Assembly: GCA_001029675.1 (NCBI GenBank)
Contig: CP011210.1
Span: 128,193-192,192 of the forward strand
Length of the DNA stretch: 64,000 bases
DNA from: Candidatus Beckwithbacteria bacterium GW2011_GWC1_49_16
GTDB taxonomy: Bacteria; Patescibacteriota; Microgenomatia; UBA1400; CG1-02-47-37
Reading direction: 5' to 3'
Shown here: in pieces, positions 1 to 7,905 of the stretch
Layout of the letters: each line of letters starts with the position of its first letter
How positions within the stretch are numbered: the stretch's first letter is position 1
Notes under the pieces: generated by a model
Told to the model about the DNA's origin: nothing
The model's database searches: none
Seen by the model: the letters and a program-made list of their open reading frames with translations, nothing else
Made by a program: the position numbers and the translations under genes

Positions 1-1
1 C

Positions 2-949
2 CAGCGGGACACCAAGATTGCCTCCCGGAGATTGCCGGATTTGTCGGTGAGTTTGGGACCTTATAACCTAACCAAGCCGATTATCGCCTCGCCGATGGAC
101 ACGATTACCGGAGAAAAAATGGTCAGGCTGATGCATGAGATGGGAGCGATTGCCGTTTTGCCGCGGGGGGATTTAACCAGAAACGGTAAGCTGTGCCGCA
201 AGTTTACCCGGGCAAAAATCCGCTGTATTTACGCCATTGGTTTGAAAAACGCCCTGGAAGAGGCCAAGGCTTACAAAAAGTGGGGGGCCAAGGTGATTTT
301 GATCGACGTGGCCCACGGCGGCATGAGCCAAGTAGTCAAGGCGGCCAAAGAGATTGGCGAAAGACTGAAGCTGACGGTGATGGCGGGCAACATCGCCTCG
401 TTTTCCCAGGCCCAGGAATATAAAAAGGCGGGCCTAAAAATTGCCCGGGTGGGAGTGGGTTGCGGCGGTTTGTGTATTACCCGGTTGGTGGCCGGAGCGG
501 GAGTGCCGCAGCTGTCGGCGATTTTTGATACTAGTGCAAGCGGGTTGCAGATTGTCGCCGATGGGGGCATCAGGCGGCCGGCAGATTTTGCCAAAGCCAT
601 TGCTGCCGGGGCGGATTTGGTAATGATCGGTTCGATGTTGGCCGGAACGGATGAGACACCGGGCAAGGTGATCGGCGGCAGGAAAGAGGTCCGCGGCCAG
701 GCGTCGGAGGCCTATATGAAAGATAACGACGTCGAGCTGGGTGAGTTTCGGGCGGCCGAGGGCATCAGTACCATGGTCAAGGTCAAAGGCTCGGCCCGTC
801 ACGTGATCAATGATTTGGCGGCGGGACTAAGAAGCGCCATGAGCTACACCGGAGCTAAAACAATCCGCGAGTTTCAGCAAAAAGCCGAGTTTGTGCTGGT
901 GACCAAGTCGGCCCAAATCGAAAACCAGCCGCATATTTTAAGCCTCTAA
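2..949 (+). CDS. IMP dehydrogenase / GMP reductase family protein (no CBS domains), 5' end outside window
   Basis: Motifs SPMDTIT, IDVAHG, GVGxGGxCITR (catalytic Cys), IVADGGI, MIGSMLAGTDETPG, GLRSAMSYTGA; the frame stays open upstream to the window edge. Confidence 0.9.
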   Translation, partial: QRDTKIASRRLPDLSVSLGPYNLTKPIIASPMDTITGEKMVRLMHEMGAIAVLPRGDLTRNGKLCRKFTRAKIRCIYAIGLKNALEEAKAYKKWGAKVILIDVAHGGMSQVVKAAKEIGERLKLTVMAGNIASFSQAQEYKKAGLKIARVGVGCGGLCITRLVAGAGVPQLSAIFDTSASGLQIVADGGIRRPADFAKAIAAGADLVMIGSMLAGTDETPGKVIGGRKEVRGQASEAYMKDNDVELGEFRAAEGISTMVKVKGSARHVINDLAAGLRSAMSYTGAKTIREFQQKAEFVLVTKSAQIENQPHILSL

Positions 950-973
950 GAAGCAGCTGCTAGCTCCTAGGTT

Positions 974-1501
974 CTAAGGGTTAGGTAGATTATTACTAGT
1001 TTCAGAATAGAAGGATAGATTTCTAGCAATGGTGGCTCTTGTTTCTCTGCGTACTTCCGCGTTTGTTAAAGGACGCCCCATGGATTCAGCCATTTCTTTT
1101 CGCATTGTAAAACTATAATCCATGGCGTTTTTGTTTAGCGGAATATCGAGTCTCATGATTTTGTCTAATAAAGGTTCTTTGTCCGTTTCTTGAACATTTG
1201 GGAGCAGTAAACAAATTTTAAAGCTAATTTTACCGTGCATACTATTAACGGGAATGGTTTCTAGCGATGAATCAGGCACGATTGTCTTTACGGTCTCTAT
1301 AAATCTAGAAAAATTTCCTTCTTCAACCAATGCCCAATAAATTTCTGTTTGAAAGTTGTAATCTCTAAGGACATTTTTGGCTTCGTTAAATAATTTTAGT
1401 TCCTTTTCTGCTTTGGGTGGGTAGTGAAATTTAATTTCTAATACCTTTCCCATGCTGTTGGTGTCGCCACGAATTAGAGTTAACAAGGCGTGATTGTTCA
1501 T
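974..1501 (-). CDS. hypothetical AT-rich orphan protein
   Basis: 175-aa ORF; TATAAT 8 nt upstream of ATG on the minus strand; no recognisable motif. Confidence 0.6.
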   Translation of the reverse strand: MNNHALLTLIRGDTNSMGKVLEIKFHYPPKAEKELKLFNEAKNVLRDYNFQTEIYWALVEEGNFSRFIETVKTIVPDSSLETIPVNSMHGKISFKICLLLPNVQETDKEPLLDKIMRLDIPLNKNAMDYSFTMRKEMAESMGRPLTNAEVRRETRATIARNLSFYSETSNNLPNP

Positions 1502-1561
1502 GTTGGGCGATTATACAGTAAACAGAGTTAAACCACTATAGGTTAGACTGTGAGCTGAGGG

Positions 1562-1828
1562 TTATTTGAATTTTTGTTCCAGGCGGGAGAGTTGGAGGGT
1601 AACCAGAACGGCCAGGGCGGTGACTAAAACTGCGTAGATGATAAGAGAAATTAAGCCCGAGCCTTGGCCGATTAAAGGTTTGATGTAGGTGTCGACGGTT
1701 TCTTTGATGACATTGTTCCAGGCAAGCGCGGCGACTAAACCAAAGCCGGAAGTGGCCAGCGCCGTCATTTGCTTGATGACGCTTTTGGGCAGGTCTTTGG
1801 TGGATTGGGGGGGGTTGATTTTGGTCAT
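1562..1828 (-). CDS. small two-TM membrane protein (DUF5654-like)
   Basis: TSGFGLVAALAWNNVIK signature plus a second hydrophobic helix. Confidence 0.8.
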   Translation of the reverse strand: MTKINPPQSTKDLPKSVIKQMTALATSGFGLVAALAWNNVIKETVDTYIKPLIGQGSGLISLIIYAVLVTALAVLVTLQLSRLEQKFK

Positions 1829-1836
1829 ACATAATT

Positions 1837-2574
1837 TTAGCCGGTTTGGGGTTTGACTTCCAGGAAGGGTTTTTGTGCTTCAGGAATGAGGTCGGGGTTA
1901 ACCGGAAAGTGGATGGTGGCGTAGGGGGGGCGGGGGATTTGGTTGCGGTTAAGGTTTGGAGCCAGCCGGCCTTTGATGGCCAGGCTTTCTCGGCCCTGAC
2001 CGCCGTCGTCGCAGCCGTAGCCGTGGATCCAGATAGACGGATGAAAGGAAAACATGGCCCGGCCGTGGGCAAGACCGGGAAGGTTGATCTTGCCGCCCGG
2101 GGTTTTTGAGGCCAGGGCGTAGACGTAAAACTTGGGGTAGGGCAGTTTAGTCTTTCGGGAGCGGTTTAAAGCGTCAAACTGGTTTTTGATGGTGCTGATG
2201 GCGCAGTTTAAGGTGTTTTGAGTGTCGACTACGGCCTCGGTGAAAACAACGGGCAGGACCCGGCCGGACTTTTTGATGATGAAATCCAGGTGGGGAGGGT
2301 AGAGGCAGGCAGGTTTACTCCGGCGGCGGTTTTGTTCGTCGTAGTAGCTGATGCGCATCGGGTTGACCCGGACCGGGCCGGCCAGGGCTAAAATGGCCCC
2401 TAGCTGGTTGCCGCCTTTGGCGATGGGAACGACGGAAACGCGGTTGTCGGGAAAGAGGTGCTTGAATTCGGCGGTTAAAGAGGCCAGAGCCTGGAGGCAA
2501 AGGCTGGAGGGGATCAAAGTAATGGCGGTGTCAAAAGAAGTGGCGGCAGCAATGGGGTTTTTGAGTTGGGCCAT
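1837..2574 (-). CDS. divergent type I phosphoribosyltransferase (HPRT-like)
   Basis: VVPIAKGG, RISYY, degenerate PRPP loop VFTEAVVDTQNTL, WIHGYGCD (cf. FVVGYGLD). Confidence 0.6.
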   Translation of the reverse strand: MAQLKNPIAAATSFDTAITLIPSSLCLQALASLTAEFKHLFPDNRVSVVPIAKGGNQLGAILALAGPVRVNPMRISYYDEQNRRRSKPACLYPPHLDFIIKKSGRVLPVVFTEAVVDTQNTLNCAISTIKNQFDALNRSRKTKLPYPKFYVYALASKTPGGKINLPGLAHGRAMFSFHPSIWIHGYGCDDGGQGRESLAIKGRLAPNLNRNQIPRPPYATIHFPVNPDLIPEAQKPFLEVKPQTG

Positions 2575-2649
2575 CGGCATTATTGTAGCATTAAAACTGA
2601 CGCTTGTTTTTTACCGCAAAAGGTGCGAGAATTAGTGCGGAAAATCAAC

Positions 2650-3723
2650 ATGTATCAGCCAAAATTTACCATTAGCAACGAAATTTTAAAATATATCGGG
2701 GAGATTGGCGGAGCCAAAGAGGTAATTGATTATGCAGTGATGGTGCCGGCGTGGGAGGCGAAATTTAAAGAGGAGGCGATGGTGCGGACGGTCCATTTTG
2801 GCACCAAGATTGAAGGGAACGAACTGAATTTTTCTCAAACAGAGAGGGTAATGAAAGGTGAAGAGGTCATCGCCCGGGAAAGAGACATTCAGGAAGTTTT
2901 AAACTATAGAAACGTGATGGAATATATCGACCGATTGGGGGAGAGGTTCGGCGAGAAGGGGCCGGGCGGGTCAGCAGCCAGCTATTCCGAAGGCTGGCTC
3001 CAAAAAATCCACCAGTTGACCACCGAGAAGATTTTAGAGAAAGGTAGAGCCGGGGAGTATCGAACCAGTCGGGTGGTGGTAAAAAACAGCGCCACGGGCG
3101 AGGTGAGTTTCCGGCCGCCTTTGCCGGTGGAAGTCGAGGTGCAACTAGCCGAATTTTTTGAGTGGCTCAACAGCGACGAGGGGAAAAAGCTTCATCCGGT
3201 TTTGCGAGCCGGGATAACCCATTATGAGCTGGTGCGGATTCATCCCTTTGTGGACGGCAATGGCCGGGTGGCCAGAGCTTTTGCTCTTTTAGTTTTGTTT
3301 CGCGAAGGCTATGATGTGAAGCGGTTTTTCTCGATCGAGGAGTATTTTGACAAGAATGCCCCAGCGTATTACCAGGCGCTTCAGGCGGTGTCGCAGGCTC
3401 GCGGGGACTTGACCTTCTGGCTGGAGTTTTTTACCAAAGCTTTGGCGATTGAACTAACTAAAATTAAAGACAGGGTCAGGAGCTTGTCGATTGACTTTAA
3501 GTGGCGGGACAGGTTGGGCCGGCAGATTGCGCTTTCGGCGCGGCAGATTAAACTGATGGAAATGTTGACCGACAAAGACAAGCTTTTTATGAGGGAAGCC
3601 AGAGAGAAGTTTGCCGACGTGTCTGATGATACTATTTTGCGGGACATTAAAGATTTGATGGACAAGGGGATTTTGAAGAAGAAAGGCAGCACCAAGGCAG
3701 CGTATTACATGATGCGAAATTAA
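2650..3723 (+). CDS. Fic family protein with C-terminal winged HTH
   Basis: HPFVDGNGRVAR Fic motif, TKIEGN, C-terminal SDDTILRDIKDL HTH; start set at MYQPKFTI. Confidence 0.92.
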   Translation: MYQPKFTISNEILKYIGEIGGAKEVIDYAVMVPAWEAKFKEEAMVRTVHFGTKIEGNELNFSQTERVMKGEEVIARERDIQEVLNYRNVMEYIDRLGERFGEKGPGGSAASYSEGWLQKIHQLTTEKILEKGRAGEYRTSRVVVKNSATGEVSFRPPLPVEVEVQLAEFFEWLNSDEGKKLHPVLRAGITHYELVRIHPFVDGNGRVARAFALLVLFREGYDVKRFFSIEEYFDKNAPAYYQALQAVSQARGDLTFWLEFFTKALAIELTKIKDRVRSLSIDFKWRDRLGRQIALSARQIKLMEMLTDKDKLFMREAREKFADVSDDTILRDIKDLMDKGILKKKGSTKAAYYMMRN

Positions 3724-3726
3724 TTT

Positions 3727-5523
3727 ATGAAGTTCAAGCGCTTTGCCGAGTATTTAGAGAGAATTGAGCAAACGCCGTCGCGGCTTAAAATGACTTCAGT
3801 TTTGGCCGAGCTTTTTGGAGAGGCGACGGCTGACGAGATCGACCAAATGGTTTATTTGGCTTTGGGGAGATTACGGCCTAAGTACGAGAGTGTTGAGTTT
3901 AACCTGGCAGAAAAAATGATGTTTAGAGTGATGGCCGAGGCGTACCAGGTTGAGCCGGCAAAAGTAAAGCAAGCGTTCAAAAAGACTGGTGATTTAGGCG
4001 GGGCGGTGGAGGAGTTGCCCCACTTCGCCAAAGCTTCGAGGGGTACAGCTAAAGATTTATCGGTGGCAGAGGTGTACCAGCGGCTGATGGATGTAGCGGC
4101 GGACGAGGGGGTGGGTAGCCAGGAAAGAAAAGTTAACCATATGGCTAATTTGATCCGCGACCTTGACAGCCTGTCGGCAAAGTATGTGTTGCGGATTCCG
4201 GTAAAAAAGTTGAGGTTGGGGTTTTCGGACATGACGGTTTTGGATGGATTATCCTGGATGGAGGCAGGCGACAAGAGTTTGCGGCCTCAACTGGAGCGGG
4301 CTTTTAACGTGTCGGCCGATATCGGCGGCATTGCGGAGAGGTTTAAAAAAGGCGGTCTGGCCGGGGTGGCGGGGGTCAAGGTAAAGGTGGCGGTGCCGAT
4401 CAGAACGGCGCAGGCGGAAAGGCTGCCGAATGAGAAAGCGGTGGTGGAGAAACTCAAAGTGTTTGCGGTGGAGGGCAAATACGACGGTTTGAGGGTGCAA
4501 ATCCATGTCGATAAATCTCCAGACTCAAAGCGCAAGATTCAAAGTGATTTGTTCGGTGAGTCAAAAAAATTTGTGGAGATATTTTCTCGCAATCTGGACA
4601 ACATGACGCATATGTTCCCCGACATCGTGGCGGCGGCCGACAAACTAAAAGTTAAAACGGCGATTTTGGACGGGGAAGCGGTTGCGTTTGAGCCTAAAAC
4701 CGGCAAGTCTTTACCTTTTCAGGAAACGGTGACCAGAAAAAGAAAACACGGAGTCAAAAATAAGGCAAAAGAGATGCCGCTAAAGGTGATTATCTATGAT
4801 TTACTATATCTTAACGGTACAACATTGATCGAGAAACCGTTTAAGGAGAGAAGAAAGCAGCTGGAAAAAGTCTTGGGTAGGAATGGAAAAACCGACGGAC
4901 TGGAGCTGGCAGAGCAAGAAATTGTCAGCGAGCCGGAGAGGTTAAACCAGCTTTTAAAAAAATACCTTAAGGAAGGGTTAGAGGGAGTGATGTGTAAGAA
5001 GTTAACCACGGCTTATCAGGCCGGAGCCAGAAATTTTAACTGGGTGAAGCTGAAAAAAACTTCCCAAAAGGAATTGGCCGACACCATCGATTGCGTGGTG
5101 ATGGGCTATTATGCCGGCCGGGGCAAGAGGAGCGGGTTTGGTATCGGGGCGTTTTTGGTCGGTGTTACCCACAAATCCGAAGCACGAAGTACGAAATCCG
5201 AAATCGGGGTTGGGTCGGTGGCCAAAATTGGTACAGGCTTGACCGACGAGCAGTGGCGGGAGATCCGCCGGCGGGCGGACAAATTGAAAGTTAAGGCTAA
5301 ACCGGAGGAGTATGTGGTGGACAAGAATTTGGCGCCCGACGTTTGGGTGAGGCCAGAGATGGTGGTAGAGATTTTGGCGGATGAAATAACTCGCAGCCCG
5401 ATTCACGCTTTTGGCTTGGCTTTGCGTTTCCCGCGGCTTATTAGTTTTCGTGACGACAAGGATGTTGGCCAGGCGACGACAAAGCGCGAGCTTGAGCGGC
5501 TGTTTAAGCTGCAGCGGGGTTAG
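3727..5523 (+). CDS. lig: ATP-dependent DNA ligase (archaeal/eukaryotic type)
   Basis: EGKYDGLR (adenylated Lys), ILDGEAV, EGVMCK, WVKLK, LRFPR. Confidence 0.95.
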   Translation: MKFKRFAEYLERIEQTPSRLKMTSVLAELFGEATADEIDQMVYLALGRLRPKYESVEFNLAEKMMFRVMAEAYQVEPAKVKQAFKKTGDLGGAVEELPHFAKASRGTAKDLSVAEVYQRLMDVAADEGVGSQERKVNHMANLIRDLDSLSAKYVLRIPVKKLRLGFSDMTVLDGLSWMEAGDKSLRPQLERAFNVSADIGGIAERFKKGGLAGVAGVKVKVAVPIRTAQAERLPNEKAVVEKLKVFAVEGKYDGLRVQIHVDKSPDSKRKIQSDLFGESKKFVEIFSRNLDNMTHMFPDIVAAADKLKVKTAILDGEAVAFEPKTGKSLPFQETVTRKRKHGVKNKAKEMPLKVIIYDLLYLNGTTLIEKPFKERRKQLEKVLGRNGKTDGLELAEQEIVSEPERLNQLLKKYLKEGLEGVMCKKLTTAYQAGARNFNWVKLKKTSQKELADTIDCVVMGYYAGRGKRSGFGIGAFLVGVTHKSEARSTKSEIGVGSVAKIGTGLTDEQWREIRRRADKLKVKAKPEEYVVDKNLAPDVWVRPEMVVEILADEITRSPIHAFGLALRFPRLISFRDDKDVGQATTKRELERLFKLQRG

Positions 5524-5557
5524 GGTTTTTTCTTAAAAAGTAGGGTAAAATATATCT

Positions 5558-5791
5558 ATGGTTTCAGCTTTACCCAAATTTCTCCATAAATATTTTTGGG
5601 GCGATCGGTTAAGCGAGCTTAATTTGAAAGATCACCGGCGCTACATTATCCAGACAATTTTGGAAAAAGGTGATCGCCGGGCGGCCTCGTGGCTAATAAA
5701 AAAAGTTGGCAAAAAAACCCTGAAAAACAACTTGCCGGTTTTGTCTTTAAGCCCTAAAGCCTTTAATTTCTGGCGGCTGTACTTGTCATGA
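5558..5791 (+). CDS. DUF6922-like putative antitoxin
   Basis: YFWGD...YIIQTILEKGD...W pattern; overlaps the downstream nucleotidyltransferase start (ATGA). Confidence 0.75.
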   Translation: MVSALPKFLHKYFWGDRLSELNLKDHRRYIIQTILEKGDRRAASWLIKKVGKKTLKNNLPVLSLSPKAFNFWRLYLS

Positions 5792-6423
5792 GCCAGAAAT
5801 TCTTCATTGATTCCCTGCCGCCTTTTACAGTTAAACTTTTAGCCTTGTTTCAGAAAGATAAATCGTCTTTTTTACCAGATTTTTATCTAACCGGAGGGAC
5901 GGCGCTTTCGTTACTTTTAGGTCACCGGGAGTCGGAAGATTTAGACTGGTTTAGCCCTAAAAATTTTGACCCGGTCAAACTTCAGTCGCAACTTTTAAAG
6001 CTCGGCAACTTATCCCGGGTGGAGTTGGAAGAAAATACTCTAAACGCTTATTTAAATGAAGTCAAAGTTCAATTTTTGGGTTATCCGTATCCCTTGTTGG
6101 GATCGCTAGCGACTTGGGGGAATATTAAAATCAGCTCTTTGCTGGACATCGCCTGTACTAAGGTGTTAACGATCGGAGTGAGGGGGAGTAAGAAAGACTT
6201 TGTTGACCTGTATTTTTTGTTAAAACAATTTTCTTTGGAAGAGTTATTTACTGCTTTAGCCAAAAAATACCGCCGGGTCGATTACAACCAGCCGCATATT
6301 TTGAAGGCTTTAGTGTATTTTGTTAATGCCGACAGTCAACCAATGCCCCGGATGCATCAACAAATCGATTGGGCAAAAATCAAGAAAGAAATAATTGGAA
6401 AAGTGAAAGCGATAAAACTTTAA
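5788..6423 (+). CDS. AbiEii/AbiGii-family nucleotidyltransferase toxin
   Basis: FYLTGGTALSL.LGHRESEDLDWF, K...I..RG.KKDFVDLY. Confidence 0.88.
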   Translation: MSQKFFIDSLPPFTVKLLALFQKDKSSFLPDFYLTGGTALSLLLGHRESEDLDWFSPKNFDPVKLQSQLLKLGNLSRVELEENTLNAYLNEVKVQFLGYPYPLLGSLATWGNIKISSLLDIACTKVLTIGVRGSKKDFVDLYFLLKQFSLEELFTALAKKYRRVDYNQPHILKALVYFVNADSQPMPRMHQQIDWAKIKKEIIGKVKAIKL

Positions 6424-6480
6424 ACAGGCGCGAGCTTGAGGGATTATTTAAGCTGCAGCGGGGAAGTTGATTGAAATTAG

Positions 6481-7080
6481 TTACTGTCGTTCAATGCTGG
6501 ATGTTGTGTGGCCATCGAGACGATCAATATATTTTCCTGGATCACTTTTCTCCATATAGTTTAACCCCCGGATAAGGGAACCTTCAATTTTTGGTTCTAG
6601 ATAGCGATGCCTTCTTATAAGCTGGGCTATTTGCATGGGGTTAAATTCTCCAGTCACATATAGTCCTGTAATAAGAAAGTTTATAGCTGTGGCGTTATCC
6701 ATATTCTCGAGCGGTTCAGCCTTTATAAGCTCAGGACAGAAGACTCGGAGGTTATTTTTAATTCCTAAATGATTTAATGTTTCTAAAACTAAAGCTTTTG
6801 GATCTTGAGCCCATTCTGATTTAGTGAAAAACGCAACCCCGTCGATATCTGAATGTGGAGTAGCTACTCCTAAGGCAAATGACCCTACGACAACAATGGA
6901 AAGTTTATGTTCTCCCAAGGCCTGTTGAAGAGATTGAGTTATGTTACTAAGCCGCGCCTCGCTTTGTTGGCTGATTGAGGCATAGCTAGGGTAAGATTTA
7001 AGTTGGGAAAGGATAGTGGCGCGTTGCTGTTCAAAGCTGGCGCGCCATAATCTTATACCTCGTGGTGAAAACATACTCAT
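6481..7080 (-). CDS. Pol-beta-type nucleotidyltransferase domain protein
   Basis: VVVGSFALGVATPHSDID (GS...DxD); start set at MSMFSP; AT-rich. Confidence 0.7.
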   Translation of the reverse strand: MSMFSPRGIRLWRASFEQQRATILSQLKSYPSYASISQQSEARLSNITQSLQQALGEHKLSIVVVGSFALGVATPHSDIDGVAFFTKSEWAQDPKALVLETLNHLGIKNNLRVFCPELIKAEPLENMDNATAINFLITGLYVTGEFNPMQIAQLIRRHRYLEPKIEGSLIRGLNYMEKSDPGKYIDRLDGHTTSSIERQ

Positions 7081-7150
7081 TGTGAGAATTAAATTAAAAC
7101 AACGGCGAGAATTATACCACATTATTATAGGTTTGTTTACTTGTATAGGA

Positions 7151-7888
7151 CTAGGGTGAGGAATTAAGGGTTTTTTTGAAGACTTTAAGAAGCGGAGCGT
7201 AGAGGTCGGATTTGCCTTGGGGAATTTTGAGTTCAGAGAGGGTGGATTTGCTGGTGAAACGGATTTTGTCAAGGCCGCGGACAATCAAAAGTGGGGTTTG
7301 TTCGTTACCTTCGCCCATGATGACACCGCCGAAAGCGGCCAGGGCGTCGACGAGATTTGAGTTGGCCTCGACGATTTTGCGGCCGAAGATGTCCGGCTGG
7401 CCGACATAGGAATAGTTAGGATGAAAACCCCAGAAGCCGACGGAGATGCCCATATGGCCCCAGCGAAGCGGCAAACAAAAAGAGTCGGTGACGACGACGC
7501 CGAGGTTTTTTAAACGATACTTATTTCTAAGATGGGTCCAGATTTTTTTGGCAAACAGGTGGGGTTTTTGGGGTAATAAGATGTAGTGGTTTTTACCATT
7601 GGACCGGTCGACGCCGGCGTAAGGGGTTAAAGTTAAGTCCTTGACGGCCAGGCCGTGGGGGGTTTGGGGCAGCCAGCCGTCGGCCTCTTTTTTGATGAGG
7701 CGGATTTTATCTTTAAGAGTCATGTCGGGGGTGATTTTGACGCAGCGACCCTGATGGATGGAGACGAGCTTGGAGGTAATCAAAACCAAGTCTTTTTCTT
7801 TTAAGGCGGGGAGAGACTGGTCAAGGAGGCCAAAGAGATCGTCTTTTGGCGGCAGGAATTTTCTGGTTTTGACCGGAATAAAGTCCAT
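7151..7888 (-). CDS. F420-0:gamma-glutamyl ligase family protein (CofE-like, putative folate gamma-glutamate ligase)
   Basis: ITSKLVSIHQG, AGVDRSNG, GVVVTDS, DIFGR, MGEGNEQTP. Confidence 0.88.
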   Translation of the reverse strand: MDFIPVKTRKFLPPKDDLFGLLDQSLPALKEKDLVLITSKLVSIHQGRCVKITPDMTLKDKIRLIKKEADGWLPQTPHGLAVKDLTLTPYAGVDRSNGKNHYILLPQKPHLFAKKIWTHLRNKYRLKNLGVVVTDSFCLPLRWGHMGISVGFWGFHPNYSYVGQPDIFGRKIVEANSNLVDALAAFGGVIMGEGNEQTPLLIVRGLDKIRFTSKSTLSELKIPQGKSDLYAPLLKVFKKTLNSSP

Positions 7889-7905
7889 GAGTTAGGATAT
7901 TATAA

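Larger units (their letters stand above)
5484..6463. mobile_element. integrase-less mini-island bounded by 36-bp direct repeats of the ligase 3' end
   Basis: 5484-5519 and 6428-6463 match at 32/36; AT-rich cargo lies between them. Confidence 0.75.
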
